A DNA stretch of 64,000 nt from Escherichia coli (GTDB lineage Bacteria > Pseudomonadota > Gammaproteobacteria > Enterobacterales > Enterobacteriaceae), in assembly GCF_013315695.1 (NCBI RefSeq), contig NZ_CP054353.1; one strand, given 5' to 3'. This document shows, one piece after another, positions 45,945-58,569 of the stretch. The notes under the pieces were generated by a model. It ran no database searches. It saw only the letters and a list, made by a program, of their open reading frames with translations, and had not been told where the DNA came from. A program made the translations under genes and the position numbers. Position 1 is the stretch's first letter, and each line of letters begins with the position of its first letter.

Positions 45945-46113
45945 GTTATCCTCACTTCTTTTTGTATTCCTTGAATCACATCACAAAATAGACAAATCTC
46001 AGGCGGCAAAAAACGACGTCTGAATGCATTTTTTTTGCTGGCGACAAACCCACGTAAAAAGCTCACCGTAAGCGCAAATACCCTCATTTTGATTGCGTTT
46101 TACGGAGCAAATA

Positions 46114-48258
46114 ATGTCTAACGTGCAGGAGTGGCAACAGCTTGCCAACAAGGAATTGAGCCGTCGGGAGAAAACTGTCGACTCGCTGGTTCAGCAAACC
46201 GCGGAAGGGATCGCCATCAAGCCGCTGTATACCGAAGCCGATCTCGATAATCTGGAGGTGACAGGTACCCTTCCTGGTTTGCCCCCCTACGTTCGTGGCC
46301 CGCGTGCCACTATGTATACCGCCCAACCGTGGACCATCCGTCAGTATGCTGGTTTTTCAACAGCAAAAGAGTCCAACGCTTTTTATCGCCGTAACCTAGC
46401 CGCCGGGCAAAAAGGTCTTTCCGTTGCGTTTGACCTTGCCACCCACCGAGGCTACGACTCCGATAACCCGCGCGTGGCGGGCGACGTCGGCAAAGCGGGC
46501 GTTGCTATCGACACCGTGGAAGATATGAAAGTCCTGTTCGACCAGATCCCGCTGGATAAAATGTCGGTTTCGATGACCATGAATGGCGCAGTACTACCAG
46601 TACTGGCGTTTTATATTGTCGCCGCAGAAGAGCAAGGTGTTACACCCGATAAACTGACCGGCACCATTCAAAACGATATCCTCAAAGAGTATCTTTGCCG
46701 CAACACCTATATTTACCCGCCAAAACCGTCAATGCGTATTATCGCAGACATCATCGCCTGGTGTTCCGGCAACATGCCGCGATTTAATACCATCAGTATC
46801 AGCGGTTACCATATGGGTGAAGCGGGTGCCAACTGCGTGCAGCAGGTAGCATTTACGCTCGCTGATGGGATTGAGTACATCAAAGCAGCAATCTCCGCCG
46901 GGCTGAAAATTGATGACTTCGCTCCTCGCCTGTCGTTCTTCTTCGGCATTGGCATGGATCTGTTTATGAACGTCGCCATGTTGCGTGCGGCACGTTATTT
47001 ATGGAGCGAAGCGGTCAGTGGATTTGGCGCACAGGATCCGAAATCACTGGCGCTGCGTACCCACTGCCAGACCTCAGGCTGGAGCCTGACTGAACAGGAT
47101 CCGTATAACAACGTTATCCGCACCACCATTGAAGCACTGGCTGCAACGCTGGGCGGTACTCAGTCACTGCATACCAACGCCTTTGATGAAGCGCTTGGTT
47201 TGCCTACCGATTTCTCAGCCCGCATTGCCCGCAATACCCAGATCATCATTCAGGAAGAATCAGAACTCTGCCGCACCGTCGATCCACTGGCCGGATCCTA
47301 TTACGTTGAATCGCTGACCGATCAAATCGTCAAACAAGCCAGAGCCATTATCCAACAGATCGACGAAGCCGGTGGCATGGCGAAAGCGATCGAAGCAGGT
47401 CTGCCAAAACGAATGATCGAAGAGGCCTCTGCGCGCGAACAGTCGCTGATCGACCAGGGCAAGCGTGTCATCGTTGGTGTCAACAAGTACAAACTGGATC
47501 ACGAAGACGAAACCGATGTACTTGAGATCGACAACGTGATGGTGCGTAACGAGCAGATTGCTTCACTGGAACGCATTCGCGCCACCCGTGATGATGCTGC
47601 CGTAACCGCCACGTTGAACGCCCTGACTCACGCCGCACAGCATAACGAAAACCTGCTGGCTGCCGCTGTTAATGCCGCTCGCGTTCGCGCAACGCTTGGT
47701 GAAATTTCCGATGCGCTGGAAGCGGCATTTGACCGTTATCTGGTGCCAAGCCAGTGTGTTACCGGCGTGATTGCGCAAAGCTATCATCAGTCTGAGAAAT
47801 CGGCCTCCGAGTTCGATGCCATTGTTGCGCAAACGGAGCTGTTCCTTGCCGACAATGGTCGTCGCCCGCGCATTCTGATCGCTAAAATGGGCCAGGATGG
47901 GCACGATCGCGGCGCGAAAGTGATCGCCAGCGCTTATTCCGATCTCGGTTTCGACGTAGATTTAAGCCCGATGTTCTCTACACCTGAAGAGATCGCCCGC
48001 CTGGCAGTAGAAAACGACGTTCACGTAGTGGGCGCATCTTCACTGGCTGCCGGTCATAAAACGCTGATCCCGGAACTGGTCGAAGCGCTGAAAAAATGGG
48101 GACGCGAAGATATCTGCGTGGTCGCGGGTGGCGTCATTCCGCCGCAGGATTACGCCTTCCTGCAGGAGCGCGGCGTGGCGGCGATTTATGGTCCAGGTAC
48201 GCCTATGCTCGACAGCGTGCGCGACGTACTGAATCTGATAAGCCAGCATCATGATTAA
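46114..48258 (+). CDS. scpA: Methylmalonyl-CoA mutase (B12-dependent)
   Basis: 714 aa from ATG 46114. Confidence 0.9.
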   Translation: MSNVQEWQQLANKELSRREKTVDSLVQQTAEGIAIKPLYTEADLDNLEVTGTLPGLPPYVRGPRATMYTAQPWTIRQYAGFSTAKESNAFYRRNLAAGQKGLSVAFDLATHRGYDSDNPRVAGDVGKAGVAIDTVEDMKVLFDQIPLDKMSVSMTMNGAVLPVLAFYIVAAEEQGVTPDKLTGTIQNDILKEYLCRNTYIYPPKPSMRIIADIIAWCSGNMPRFNTISISGYHMGEAGANCVQQVAFTLADGIEYIKAAISAGLKIDDFAPRLSFFFGIGMDLFMNVAMLRAARYLWSEAVSGFGAQDPKSLALRTHCQTSGWSLTEQDPYNNVIRTTIEALAATLGGTQSLHTNAFDEALGLPTDFSARIARNTQIIIQEESELCRTVDPLAGSYYVESLTDQIVKQARAIIQQIDEAGGMAKAIEAGLPKRMIEEASAREQSLIDQGKRVIVGVNKYKLDHEDETDVLEIDNVMVRNEQIASLERIRATRDDAAVTATLNALTHAAQHNENLLAAAVNAARVRATLGEISDALEAAFDRYLVPSQCVTGVIAQSYHQSEKSASEFDAIVAQTELFLADNGRRPRILIAKMGQDGHDRGAKVIASAYSDLGFDVDLSPMFSTPEEIARLAVENDVHVVGASSLAAGHKTLIPELVEALKKWGREDICVVAGGVIPPQDYAFLQERGVAAIYGPGTPMLDSVRDVLNLISQHHD

Positions 48259-49246
48259 TGAAGCCACGCTGGCAGAAAGTATTCGCCGCTTACGTCAGGG
48301 TGAGCGTGCCACGCTCGCCCAAGCCATGACGCTGGTGGAAAGCCGTCACCCGCGTCATCAGGCGCTAAGTACGCAACTGCTTGATGCCATTATGCCGTTC
48401 TGTGGTAACGCCCTGCGACTGGGTGTTACCGGCACACCCGGCGCGGGGAAAAGTACCTTTCTTGAAGCCTTTGGCATGTTGTTGATTCGTGAGGGACTAA
48501 AGGTTGCGGTTATTGCGGTCGATCCCAGCAGCCCGGTCACTGGCGGTAGCATTCTCGGAGATAAAACCCGCATGAATGATCTGGCGCGTGCCGAGGCGGC
48601 GTTTATTCGCCCGGTACCCTCCTCCGGCCATCTGGGCGGTGCCAGTCAGCGAGCGCGGGAATTAATGCTGTTATGCGAAGCGGCGGGTTATGACGTAGTG
48701 ATTGTCGAAACGGTTGGCGTCGGGCAGTCAGAAACGGAAGTCGCCCGCATGGTGGACTGTTTTATCTCGTTGCAAATTGCCGGTGGCGGCGATGATCTGC
48801 AGGGCATTAAAAAGGGGCTAATGGAAGTGGCAGATCTGATCGTTATCAACAAAGACGATGGCGATAACCATACCAATGTCGCCATTGCCCGGCATATGTA
48901 CGAGAGTGCCCTGCATATTCTGCGACGTAAATACGACGAATGGCAGCCACGGGTTCTGACTTGTAGCGCACTGGAAAAACGTGGAATCGATGAGATCTGG
49001 CACGCCATCATCGACTTCAAAACCGCGCTAACTGCCAGTGGTCGATTACAACAAGTGCGGCAACAACAATCGGTGGAATGGCTGCGTAAACAAACCGAAG
49101 AAGAAGTACTGAATCACCTGTTCGCGAATGAAGATTTCGATCGCTATTACCGCCAGACGCTTTTAGCGGTCAAAAACAATACGCTCTCACCGCGCACCGG
49201 CCTGCGACAGCTCAGTGAATTTATCCAGACGCAATATTTTGATTAA
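48251..49246 (+). CDS. argK: MeaB-like GTPase/chaperone for methylmalonyl-CoA mutase
   Basis: P-loop GTPGAGKST, 331 aa. Confidence 0.9.
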   Translation: MINEATLAESIRRLRQGERATLAQAMTLVESRHPRHQALSTQLLDAIMPFCGNALRLGVTGTPGAGKSTFLEAFGMLLIREGLKVAVIAVDPSSPVTGGSILGDKTRMNDLARAEAAFIRPVPSSGHLGGASQRARELMLLCEAAGYDVVIVETVGVGQSETEVARMVDCFISLQIAGGGDDLQGIKKGLMEVADLIVINKDDGDNHTNVAIARHMYESALHILRRKYDEWQPRVLTCSALEKRGIDEIWHAIIDFKTALTASGRLQQVRQQQSVEWLRKQTEEEVLNHLFANEDFDRYYRQTLLAVKNNTLSPRTGLRQLSEFIQTQYFD

Positions 49247-49256
49247 AGGAATTTTT

Positions 49257-50042
49257 ATGTCTTATCAGTATGTGAACGTTGTCACTATCAACAAAGTGGC
49301 GGTCATTGAGTTTAACTATGGCCGAAAACTTAATGCCTTAAGTAAAGTCTTTATTGATGATCTTATGCAGGCATTAAGCGATCTCAACCGGCCGGAAATT
49401 CGCTGTATCATTTTGCGCGCGCCGAGTGGATCCAAAGTCTTCTCCGCAGGTCACGATATTCACGAACTGCCGTCTGGCGGTCGCGATCCGCTCTCCTATG
49501 ATGATCCGTTGCGTCAAATCACCCGCATGATCCAAAAATTCCCGAAACCGATCATTTCGATGGTGGAAGGTAGTGTTTGGGGTGGCGCATTTGAAATGAT
49601 CATGAGTTCCGATCTGATTATCGCCGCCAGTACCTCAACCTTCTCAATGACACCTGTAAACCTCGGTGTCCCGTATAACCTGGTCGGCATTCACAATCTG
49701 ACCCGCGACGCGGGCTTCCACATTGTCAAAGAGCTGATTTTTACCGCTTCGCCAATCACCGCCCAGCGCGCGCTGGCTGTCGGCATCCTCAACCATGTTG
49801 TGGAAGTGGAAGAACTGGAAGATTTCACCTTACAAATGGCGCACCACATCTCTGAGAAAGCGCCGTTAGCCATTGCCGTTATCAAAGAAGAGCTGCGTGT
49901 ACTGGGCGAAGCGCACACCATGAACTCCGATGAATTTGAACGTATTCAGGGGATGCGCCGCGCGGTTTATGACAGCGAAGACTACCAGGAAGGGATGAAC
50001 GCTTTCCTCGAAAAACGTAAACCTAATTTCGTTGGTCATTAA
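49257..50042 (+). CDS. scpB: Methylmalonyl-CoA decarboxylase (crotonase family)
   Basis: 261 aa. Confidence 0.9.
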   Translation: MSYQYVNVVTINKVAVIEFNYGRKLNALSKVFIDDLMQALSDLNRPEIRCIILRAPSGSKVFSAGHDIHELPSGGRDPLSYDDPLRQITRMIQKFPKPIISMVEGSVWGGAFEMIMSSDLIIAASTSTFSMTPVNLGVPYNLVGIHNLTRDAGFHIVKELIFTASPITAQRALAVGILNHVVEVEELEDFTLQMAHHISEKAPLAIAVIKEELRVLGEAHTMNSDEFERIQGMRRAVYDSEDYQEGMNAFLEKRKPNFVGH

Positions 50043-50065
50043 TCCCTGCGAACGAAGGAGTTAAA

Positions 50066-51544
50066 ATGGAAACTCAGTGGACAAGGATGACCGCCGATGA
50101 AGCGGCAGAAATTATCCAGCATAACGACATGGTGGCATTTAGCGGCTTTACCCCAGCGGGTTCGCCGAAAGCCTTACCCACCGCGATTGCCCGCAGAGCT
50201 AACGAACAGCATGAGGCCAAAAAGCCGTATCAAATTCGCCTGCTGACGGGGGCGTCAATCAGCGCCGCCGCTGACGATGTACTTTCTGACGCCGATGCTG
50301 TTTCCTGGCGTGCGCCATATCAAACATCGTCCGGTTTACGTAAAAAGATCAATCAGGGCGCGGTGAGTTTCGTTGACCTGCATTTGAGCGAAGTGGCGCA
50401 AATGGTCAATTACGGTTTCTTCGGCGACATTGATGTTGCCGTCATTGAAGCATCGGCACTGGCACCGGATGGTCGAGTCTGGTTAACCAGCGGGATCGGT
50501 AATGCGCCGACCTGGCTGCTGCGAGCGAAGAAAGTGATCATTGAACTTAATCACTATCACGATCCGCGCGTTGCAGAACTGGCAGATATTGTGATTCCTG
50601 GCGCGCCACCGCGGCGCAATAGCGTGTCGATCTTCCATGCAATGGATCGCGTCGGTACCCGCTATGTGCAAATCGATCCGAAAAAGATTGTCGCCGTCGT
50701 GGAAACCAACTTGCCTGACGCCGGTAATATGCTGGATAAGCAAAATCCCATGTGCCAGCAGATTGCCGATAACGTGGTCACGTTCTTGTTGCAGGAAATG
50801 GCGCATGGGCGTATTCCGCCGGAATTTCTGCCGCTGCAAAGTGGCGTGGGCAATATCAATAATGCAGTCATGGCGCGACTAGGGGAAAACCCGGAAATTC
50901 CTCCGTTCATGATGTATTCGGAAGTGCTACAGGAATCGGTGGTGCATTTACTGGAAACGGGCAAAATCAGCGGGGCCAGCGCCTCCAGCCTGACTATCTC
51001 GGCCGATTCCCTGCGCAAGATTTACGACAATATGGATTACTTTGCCAGCCGCATTGTGTTGCGTCCGCAGGAAATTTCCAATAACCCGGAAATCATCCGT
51101 CGTCTGGGCGTCATCGCTCTGAACGTCGGCCTGGAGTTTGATATTTACGGGCATGCCAACTCAACGCACGTAGCCGGGGTCGATCTGATGAACGGCATCG
51201 GTGGCAGCGGTGATTTTGAACGCAACGCGTATTTGTCGATCTTTATGGCCCCGTCGATTGCTAAAGAAGGCAAGATCTCAACCGTCGTGCCAATGTGCAG
51301 CCATGTTGATCACAGCGAACACAGCGTCAAAGTGATCATCACCGAACAAGGGATCGCCGATCTGCGTGGTCTTTCCCCGCTTCAACGCGCCCGCACCATC
51401 ATTGATAATTGTGCACATCCTATGTATCGGGATTATCTGCATCGCTATCTGGAAAATGCGCCCGGCGGACATATTCACCACGATCTTAGCCACGTCTTTG
51501 ATTTACACCGTAATTTAATTGCAACCGGCTCGATGCTGGGTTAA
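50066..51544 (+). CDS. scpC: Propionyl-CoA:succinate CoA-transferase
   Basis: 492 aa. Confidence 0.9.
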   Translation: METQWTRMTADEAAEIIQHNDMVAFSGFTPAGSPKALPTAIARRANEQHEAKKPYQIRLLTGASISAAADDVLSDADAVSWRAPYQTSSGLRKKINQGAVSFVDLHLSEVAQMVNYGFFGDIDVAVIEASALAPDGRVWLTSGIGNAPTWLLRAKKVIIELNHYHDPRVAELADIVIPGAPPRRNSVSIFHAMDRVGTRYVQIDPKKIVAVVETNLPDAGNMLDKQNPMCQQIADNVVTFLLQEMAHGRIPPEFLPLQSGVGNINNAVMARLGENPEIPPFMMYSEVLQESVVHLLETGKISGASASSLTISADSLRKIYDNMDYFASRIVLRPQEISNNPEIIRRLGVIALNVGLEFDIYGHANSTHVAGVDLMNGIGGSGDFERNAYLSIFMAPSIAKEGKISTVVPMCSHVDHSEHSVKVIITEQGIADLRGLSPLQRARTIIDNCAHPMYRDYLHRYLENAPGGHIHHDLSHVFDLHRNLIATGSMLG

Positions 51545-52460
51545 TGACTCGTCCCGTCACGATCTTCAGCAATATGCTGAAGCATCGTGGCGGTATAACG
51601 ATGATTTCTGATTGAATAAAGATATTCCTGCATATACATCGGCCTGTGCGGCGCATCAAAATATTTCAGCGTTGCCGGATTCACCAGTCGCCAGGCAAAA
51701 TGCGGGATCACCGTCAGAAAATGTCCGCGCTCCACGGCGCTGATTTTGGCCATAAAACTGTAGGGACGATAAATAATGGTGGGATTGATCCCACAAGGAC
51801 GCATATTCGCATCAATCATTGCTTCGAAGTTAGCCCGGTTCTGAAAGCGCATTTGTAGCCAGGGTAGCTCCTGAAGCAGCTCTTGCTCTTGTCGCTCTTC
51901 ATAACGACGAGAAACGAGAAAGCCCAATCGCAGCGGCGGTAGTTCACTGATAGTCAGGTTTTCCAGTTCCTGAACTCGTGCAGACACATGCTGTGGGGAG
52001 ATTATAAAATCTAACTGACGGTCAAAAAGATTATCGATAACGCCGTTTTCGCTGAACTCAACTGGCTGGGCGGTCACGCCTTCATACTTATCTCCGAGAC
52101 TAATCAACTGATCGAAAATAATTGTCGGATAAGTATTATCTATGCCAATCACAATTTCTCGTGAACGACGCCCTGAGTTATGGATTTCATTATCAATCGC
52201 AGAAAGTCGTTGATAAACCGGGAACAGTTTTTGATACAGTTCCTGTCCGGCTTTATTGAGGCTGATATTATTATCTTTGCGGGTAAATAGCGTATAGCCA
52301 ATTTGTTCTTCCAGCGCGGCAATGCTTTTACCAAATGGCGAAGCCGTCATATACCAAATGGCGAAGCCGTCATATGGATTTTTTCTGCCGCCCGGGCAAT
52401 ATTATTGGTTTGCGCTAATAAAATGAAATTGCGCATCTTTTTCGAAATAAAAATGTCCAT
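51541..52460 (-). pseudogene. ygfI: LysR-family regulator YgfI inactivated by a 23-bp tandem duplication in the HTH-coding region
   Basis: Frame from ATG at 52460 reads MDIFISKKMRNFILLAQTNNIARAAEKIHMTASPFGI-stop; second copy of the repeat restarts MTASPFGKSIAALEE... (ORF 51541-52350). Confidence 0.75.
52329..52374. repeat. Perfect 23-bp tandem duplication (taccaaatggcgaagccgtcata x2)
   Basis: Read directly: 52329-52351 equals 52352-52374. Confidence 0.95.
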
Positions 52461-52627
52461 ACCCCCTCCCCCGCATCCTTGTCCGCTTAACCGTTTCAGT
52501 CAGCCTATCCTTGATGAAACCGCGAGCAAAGATAGGTGATTACGTCATGGTTTTACAGAAAATTACAGAAAAAGGAGGCAATATCGGGTAAAGGCATTAG
52601 CCCGACGAATACGTCGGGCTACAAATA

Positions 52628-53368
52628 TTATTGTGCTGCCGGTGTTTTAGCGGGTTGTTGATCCACAGGTTCTAACTGGAAGACCACATCGACCTGATCA
52701 TCAAACTGAATAGCGGCCTGCTCGTAAGTTTCCTGGGCGGACACCGGCGCGGCATCGGCTTTCATCATCCGCACCATTGGGCTGGGCTGATAGTTGGAAA
52801 CATGGTAGCGCACGCTATATACCGGCCCCAGTTTACGATGAAAGCCGTTCGCCAGTTCCTGCGCCTGATGAATCGCGTTATCAATCGCTGCCTTACGCGC
52901 TTTGTCTTTATAGGCATCCGGCTGCGCCACGCCCAGCGACACAGAACGAATTTCGTTAAGACCCGCCTTCAGCGCGCCATCCAGCAAGGAATTCAGTTTG
53001 TCTAACTGACGGAGCGTGACTTCCACCGTTCTCACAGCACGGTAGCCTTTCAGGATACTTTTACCATCCTGATAATCATAATCTGGCTGGGTGCGTAAGT
53101 TCGCTGAGCTGATATCTTTTTTCGCGATCTGATTGAGTTCAAGGAAGGAAATGTATTGTGCGACGCGCTCATCCGCCTGTTTCTTGGCAGTAGCGGCATC
53201 CTTCGCGGCCACGTTGACTTCAATCGCAAGAGTGGCAATGTCTGGCACCGCATCCACGCTTGCCGTACCGGAGGTGACAATATGCGGTCCATCCGGCAAT
53301 TCGTTAGCCTGCGCTGCCATCCCGCTAATACCCATTAATGCCGCCAGGGCGATAACTTTGAACTTCAC
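52628..53368 (-). CDS. yggE: SIMPL/DUF541 periplasmic protein YggE
   Basis: Signal peptide, 246 aa. Confidence 0.85.
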   Translation of the reverse strand: MKFKVIALAALMGISGMAAQANELPDGPHIVTSGTASVDAVPDIATLAIEVNVAAKDAATAKKQADERVAQYISFLELNQIAKKDISSANLRTQPDYDYQDGKSILKGYRAVRTVEVTLRQLDKLNSLLDGALKAGLNEIRSVSLGVAQPDAYKDKARKAAIDNAIHQAQELANGFHRKLGPVYSVRYHVSNYQPSPMVRMMKADAAPVSAQETYEQAAIQFDDQVDVVFQLEPVDQQPAKTPAAQ

Positions 53369-53460
53369 GTTAGTCTCTCCGTGTTAATTGACTTGCCTAA
53401 AATTCAGGACCTCTGGAGGCAAGCTTAGCGCCTCTGTTTTATTTTTCCATCAGATAGCGC

Positions 53461-54873
53461 CTAACTGAACAAGGCTTGTGCATGAGCAATACCGTCTCTC
53501 GCCAGCTGCAAGGCAATAAACCACATAACACATCCCACTACCAGATTGATAATGCGTTGTGATTTTGCCGTGCGCAGGCGCGGTGCCAGCCAGGCTGCGA
53601 GAATAGCCAGACCAAAGAACCACAGGAAAGAGGCGCTAATTGTCCCGAGCGCAAACCAACGTTTTGGTTCCACATCAAGTTGCCCACCAAGGCTGCCCAG
53701 TACAACAAAAGTATCCAGGTAAACATGCGGATTCAGCCAGGTCACTGCCAGCATGGTGGCGATAATTTTCCATCTGCCTTGCTTCAGGACTTCGGCACTG
53801 GCTAACTCAATATTGCTGCTCATCGCTGTTTTAAAAGCGCCAAAACCATACCACAGCAAGAAGGCTACGCCGCCCCAGGTGACCAGCGCCAGCAACCACG
53901 GCGACTGCATCAATAACGCGCTGCCACCAAAAATCCCGGCGCAAATCAGGACCAAATCGCTGGTGATGCTGCCAACTTACTGATTTAGTGTATGATGGTG
54001 TTTTTGAGGTGCTCCAGTGGCTTCTGTTTCTATCAGCTGTCCCTCCTGTTCAGCTACTGACGGGGTGGTGCGTAACGGCAAAAGCACCGCCGGACATCAG
54101 CGCTATCTCTGCTCTCACTGCCGTAAAACATGGCAACTGCAGTTCACTTACACCGCTTCTCAACCCGGTACGCACCAGAAAATCATTGATATGGCCATGA
54201 ATGGCGTTGGATGCCGGGCAACAGCCCGCATTATGGGCGTTGGCCTCAACACGATTTTACGTCACTTAAAAAACTCAGGCCGCAGTCGGTAACCTCGCGC
54301 ATACAGCCGGGCAGTGACGTCATCGTCTGCGCGGAAATGGACGAACAGTGGGGCTATGTCGGGGCTAAATCGCGCCAGCGCTGGCTGTTTTACGCGTATG
54401 ACAGGCTCCGGAAGACGGTTGTTGCGCACGTATTCGGTGAACGCACTATGGCGACGCTGGGGCGTCTTATGAGCCTGCTGTCACCCTTTGACGTGGTGAT
54501 ATGGATGACGGATGGCTGGCCGCTGTATGAATCCCGCCTGAAGGGAAAGCTGCACGTAATCAGCAAGCGATATACGCAGCGAATTGAGCGGCATAACCTG
54601 AATCTGAGGCAGCACCTGGCACGGCTGGGACGGAAGTCGCTGTCGTTCTCAAAATCGGTGGAGCTGCATGACAAAGTCATCGGGCATTATCTGAACATAA
54701 AACACTATCAATAAGTTGGAGTCATTACCCAAATCGCTGATAGCGCAAAGTAAGGCAATCATAATGTGGTACTGACGACGAATGCCCTGATTCATCACAA
54801 AAGCATTTTGTGGACCGAGCGGTAGGATCATAGCTGCGCCAAGCGCAAGACCTTGAAAGTAATAAGAAAACAC
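53461..54873 (-). pseudogene. argO: Arginine exporter ArgO (LysE family) interrupted by IS1 after codon 48
   Basis: N-terminal 48 codons at 54730-54873 and remainder at 53461-53961 reconstruct the 211-aa ArgO when IS1 and one 9-bp repeat are removed. Confidence 0.9.
53962..54729 (+). mobile_element. IS1 copy 3 (768 bp), simple insertion with 9-bp target-site duplication CAAATCGCT
   Basis: IS1 terminal repeats; identical InsA/InsB ORFs (54017-54292, 54211-54714); direct repeats caaatcgct at 53953-53961 and 54730-54738. Confidence 0.97.
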
Positions 54874-55011
54874 GTTGGATATTCCGAATTAAGTATCTGA
54901 TGCAGAGACTATATCGCGGGATTGTTATTAGCGGAAATTGATAATATTAATTGGCAATCAGAAAAACTAATAAGAGAGAGGCCAGAGAGTATTATCTGGC
55001 CTCAGCGTTGA

Positions 55012-55872
<861 letters not shown>

Positions 55873-56011
55873 TCAATATTCCTTTTCAACTGACCCAAAA
55901 TGGAGAAATACACTCCGCCGCCTTATGACGGGCAGTCTGACAAGGGTAAACAATAAAGCATAATTTTGCCAAATAGATCACAGATTTCTCATCTGTATCA
56001 CCTTGCTTTTG

Positions 56012-56040
56012 GCGAAAAAAAGACCCGCAGAGCGGGCCTT
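56012..56040 (-). terminator. Intrinsic terminator of fbaA (stem ggcccgc/gcgggtc followed by T7)
   Basis: Hairpin plus U-run on - strand just downstream of fbaA stop. Confidence 0.6.
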
Positions 56041-56062
56041 GAGATAAGCAGAAAGGAATGGC

Positions 56063-57142
56063 TTACAGAACGTCGATCGCGTTCAGTTCCTGGAATGCTT
56101 TTTCCAGACGAGCGATCATAGAAGTCTGACCGGCACGCAGCCATACGCGCGGATCGTAGTATTTCTTGTTCGGCTGATCTTCGCCTTTCGGGTTACCCAG
56201 CTGACCCTGCAGGTAAGCTTCGTTCGCTTTGTAGTAGTTCAGAACGCCTTCCCAGGTTGCCCATTGGGTATCGGTATCGATGTTCATTTTCACTACGCCG
56301 TAGCTTACGGAGTCTTTGATTTCCTGAGCAGTAGAACCGGAACCACCGTGGAATACGAAGTTCAGGCTGTTGTGCGGCAGGTTGTGTTTCTTAGAAACAT
56401 ATTCCTGAGAATCACGCAGGATGGTCGGAGTCAGAACCACGTTACCCGGCTTGTAAACACCGTGTACGTTACCGAAGGACGCTGCGATGGTGAAACGTGG
56501 GCTGATTTTGCTCAGCTCGGTGTATGCGTAATCAACGTCTTCCGGCTGGGTGTACAGTGCAGAAGCGTCCATGTGGCTGTTGTCCACGCCGTCTTCTTCA
56601 CCACCGGTGCAACCCAGTTCGATTTCCAGAGTCATGCCGATTTTGGACATGCGCTCCAGGTATTTAGAGCAGATTTCGATGTTCTCTTGCAGAGATTCTT
56701 CAGACAGGTCGATCATGTGAGAAGAGAACAGCGGCTTGCCGGTAGCTGCGAAGTGTTTTTCACCCGCGTCCAGCAGACCGTCGATCCACGGCAGCAGTTT
56801 CTTCGCGCAGTGGTCGGTGTGCAGGATAACCGGAACACCATAATGTTCAGCCATCTGGTGAACGTGATGCGCACCAGAGATCGCGCCCAGGATAGCAGCA
56901 CCCTGCGGAACGTCAGATTTCACGCCTTTACCAGCGATAAAGGAAGCACCACCGTTGGAGAACTGAACGATAACCGGCGCTTTAACTTTAGCAGCGGTTT
57001 CCAGCACGGCGTTGATGGAGTCAGTACCGACGCAGTTTACTGCTGGCAGTGCGAAGTTGTTTTCTTTTGCTACCTGGAAAACTTTCTGTACGTCATCACC
57101 AGTGATTACGCCAGGTTTTACGAAATCAAAAATCTTAGACAT
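56063..57142 (-). CDS. fbaA: Fructose-bisphosphate aldolase class II
   Basis: 359 aa from ATG 57142. Confidence 0.95.
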   Translation of the reverse strand: MSKIFDFVKPGVITGDDVQKVFQVAKENNFALPAVNCVGTDSINAVLETAAKVKAPVIVQFSNGGASFIAGKGVKSDVPQGAAILGAISGAHHVHQMAEHYGVPVILHTDHCAKKLLPWIDGLLDAGEKHFAATGKPLFSSHMIDLSEESLQENIEICSKYLERMSKIGMTLEIELGCTGGEEDGVDNSHMDASALYTQPEDVDYAYTELSKISPRFTIAASFGNVHGVYKPGNVVLTPTILRDSQEYVSKKHNLPHNSLNFVFHGGSGSTAQEIKDSVSYGVVKMNIDTDTQWATWEGVLNYYKANEAYLQGQLGNPKGEDQPNKKYYDPRVWLRAGQTSMIARLEKAFQELNAIDVL

Positions 57143-57356
57143 GTCTCTTGTCCTGTATCGTCGGGCCTTATACTCGTCATACTTCAAGTTGCATGTACTG
57201 CGTCTGCGTTCGCTCACCCCAGTCACTTACTTATGTAAGCTCATGGGATTCACTCTCTTGTCGCCTTCCTGCAACTCGAATTATTTAGAGTATGAAAAAG
57301 TGCGTGCTTTAAAAGCGCGCTGCAACAAGGGCAGGTTTCCCTGCCCTGTGATTTTT

Positions 57357-58520
57357 TTACTTCTTAGCGCGCTCTTCGAGCATCGCTACTGCAGGCAGTA
57401 CTTTACCTTCCACGAATTCGAGGAATGCACCGCCGCCAGTGGAGATGTAGGAGATTTTGTCAGCAATGCCGAACAGGTCGATTGCTGCCAGAGTGTCGCC
57501 GCCGCCAGCGATGGAGAACGCTTCGCTGTCTGCGATAGCGTTAGCCACGATTTCAGTACCTTTGCGGAAGTTCGGGAATTCGAACACGCCAACCGGACCG
57601 TTCCACAGAATGGTTTTCGCATTCTTCAGGATTTCAGCCAGTTCCTGAGCGGAAGCATCACCGATATCCAGGATCTGCTCGTCAGCTTTCACATCGTTAA
57701 CAGATTTCAGGGTAGCCGGTGCAGTTTCAGAGAACTCAGTTGCTACGCGAACATCAGACGGAACCGGAATGTTGCAGGTGGTCAGCAGACGTTTTGCTTC
57801 ATCAACCAGGTCAGCTTCGTACAGGGATTTACCCACATCGTGGCCTTGTGCCGCGATAAAGGTGTTAGCGATACCACCACCCACGATCAGCTGGTCAGCG
57901 ATTTTGGACAGGGAATCCAGAACGGTCAGTTTGGTAGATACTTTAGAACCACCAACGATAGCCACCATCGGGCGAGCAGGTTCTTTCAGTGCTTTACCCA
58001 GCGCGTCCAGTTCAGCTGCCAGCAGCGGGCCTGCGCACGCAACGTCAGCGAATTTACCGATACCGTGAGTAGAAGCCTGCGCGCGGTGAGCAGTACCGAA
58101 TGCGTCCATTACGAACACGTCACACAGTGCAGCGTATTTTTTGGACAGGGTTTCGTCGTCTTTCTTCTCGCCTTTGTTGAAGCGAACGTTTTCCAGAACA
58201 ACCAGTTCACCTTCAGCAACGTCAACGCCGTCGAGGTAATCTTTAACCAGACGAACCGGGTTAGACAGTTTGTCTTTCAGGTAGTTAACAACCGGCAGCA
58301 GAGAGAATTCTTCGTTGTACTCGCCTTCGGTAGGACGACCCAGGTGGGAAGTTACCATCACTTTTGCGCCTTGTTTCAGGGCCAGTTCGATGGTCGGCAG
58401 AGAAGCACGGATACGCGCATCGCTGGTTACTTTCCCGTCTTTTACTGGTACGTTCAGATCCGCACGGATAAATACACGTTTCCCAGCAAGATCCAGATCG
58501 GTCATCTTAATTACAGACAT
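57357..58520 (-). CDS. pgk: Phosphoglycerate kinase
   Basis: 387 aa from ATG 58520. Confidence 0.95.
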
Positions 58521-58569
58521 GGTGAATCCTCTCGTTGATTCTAAAAGTTTTGCAGACGCTGCTTGCGTC

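Noticed and set aside
56264..57238. 324-aa + strand ORF
   Set aside because: Antisense to fbaA; shadow ORF
57012..58538. 508-aa ORF on + strand
   Set aside because: Lies entirely antisense to pgk; long stop-free antisense frames are expected in highly expressed, codon-biased genes; no RBS or independent support
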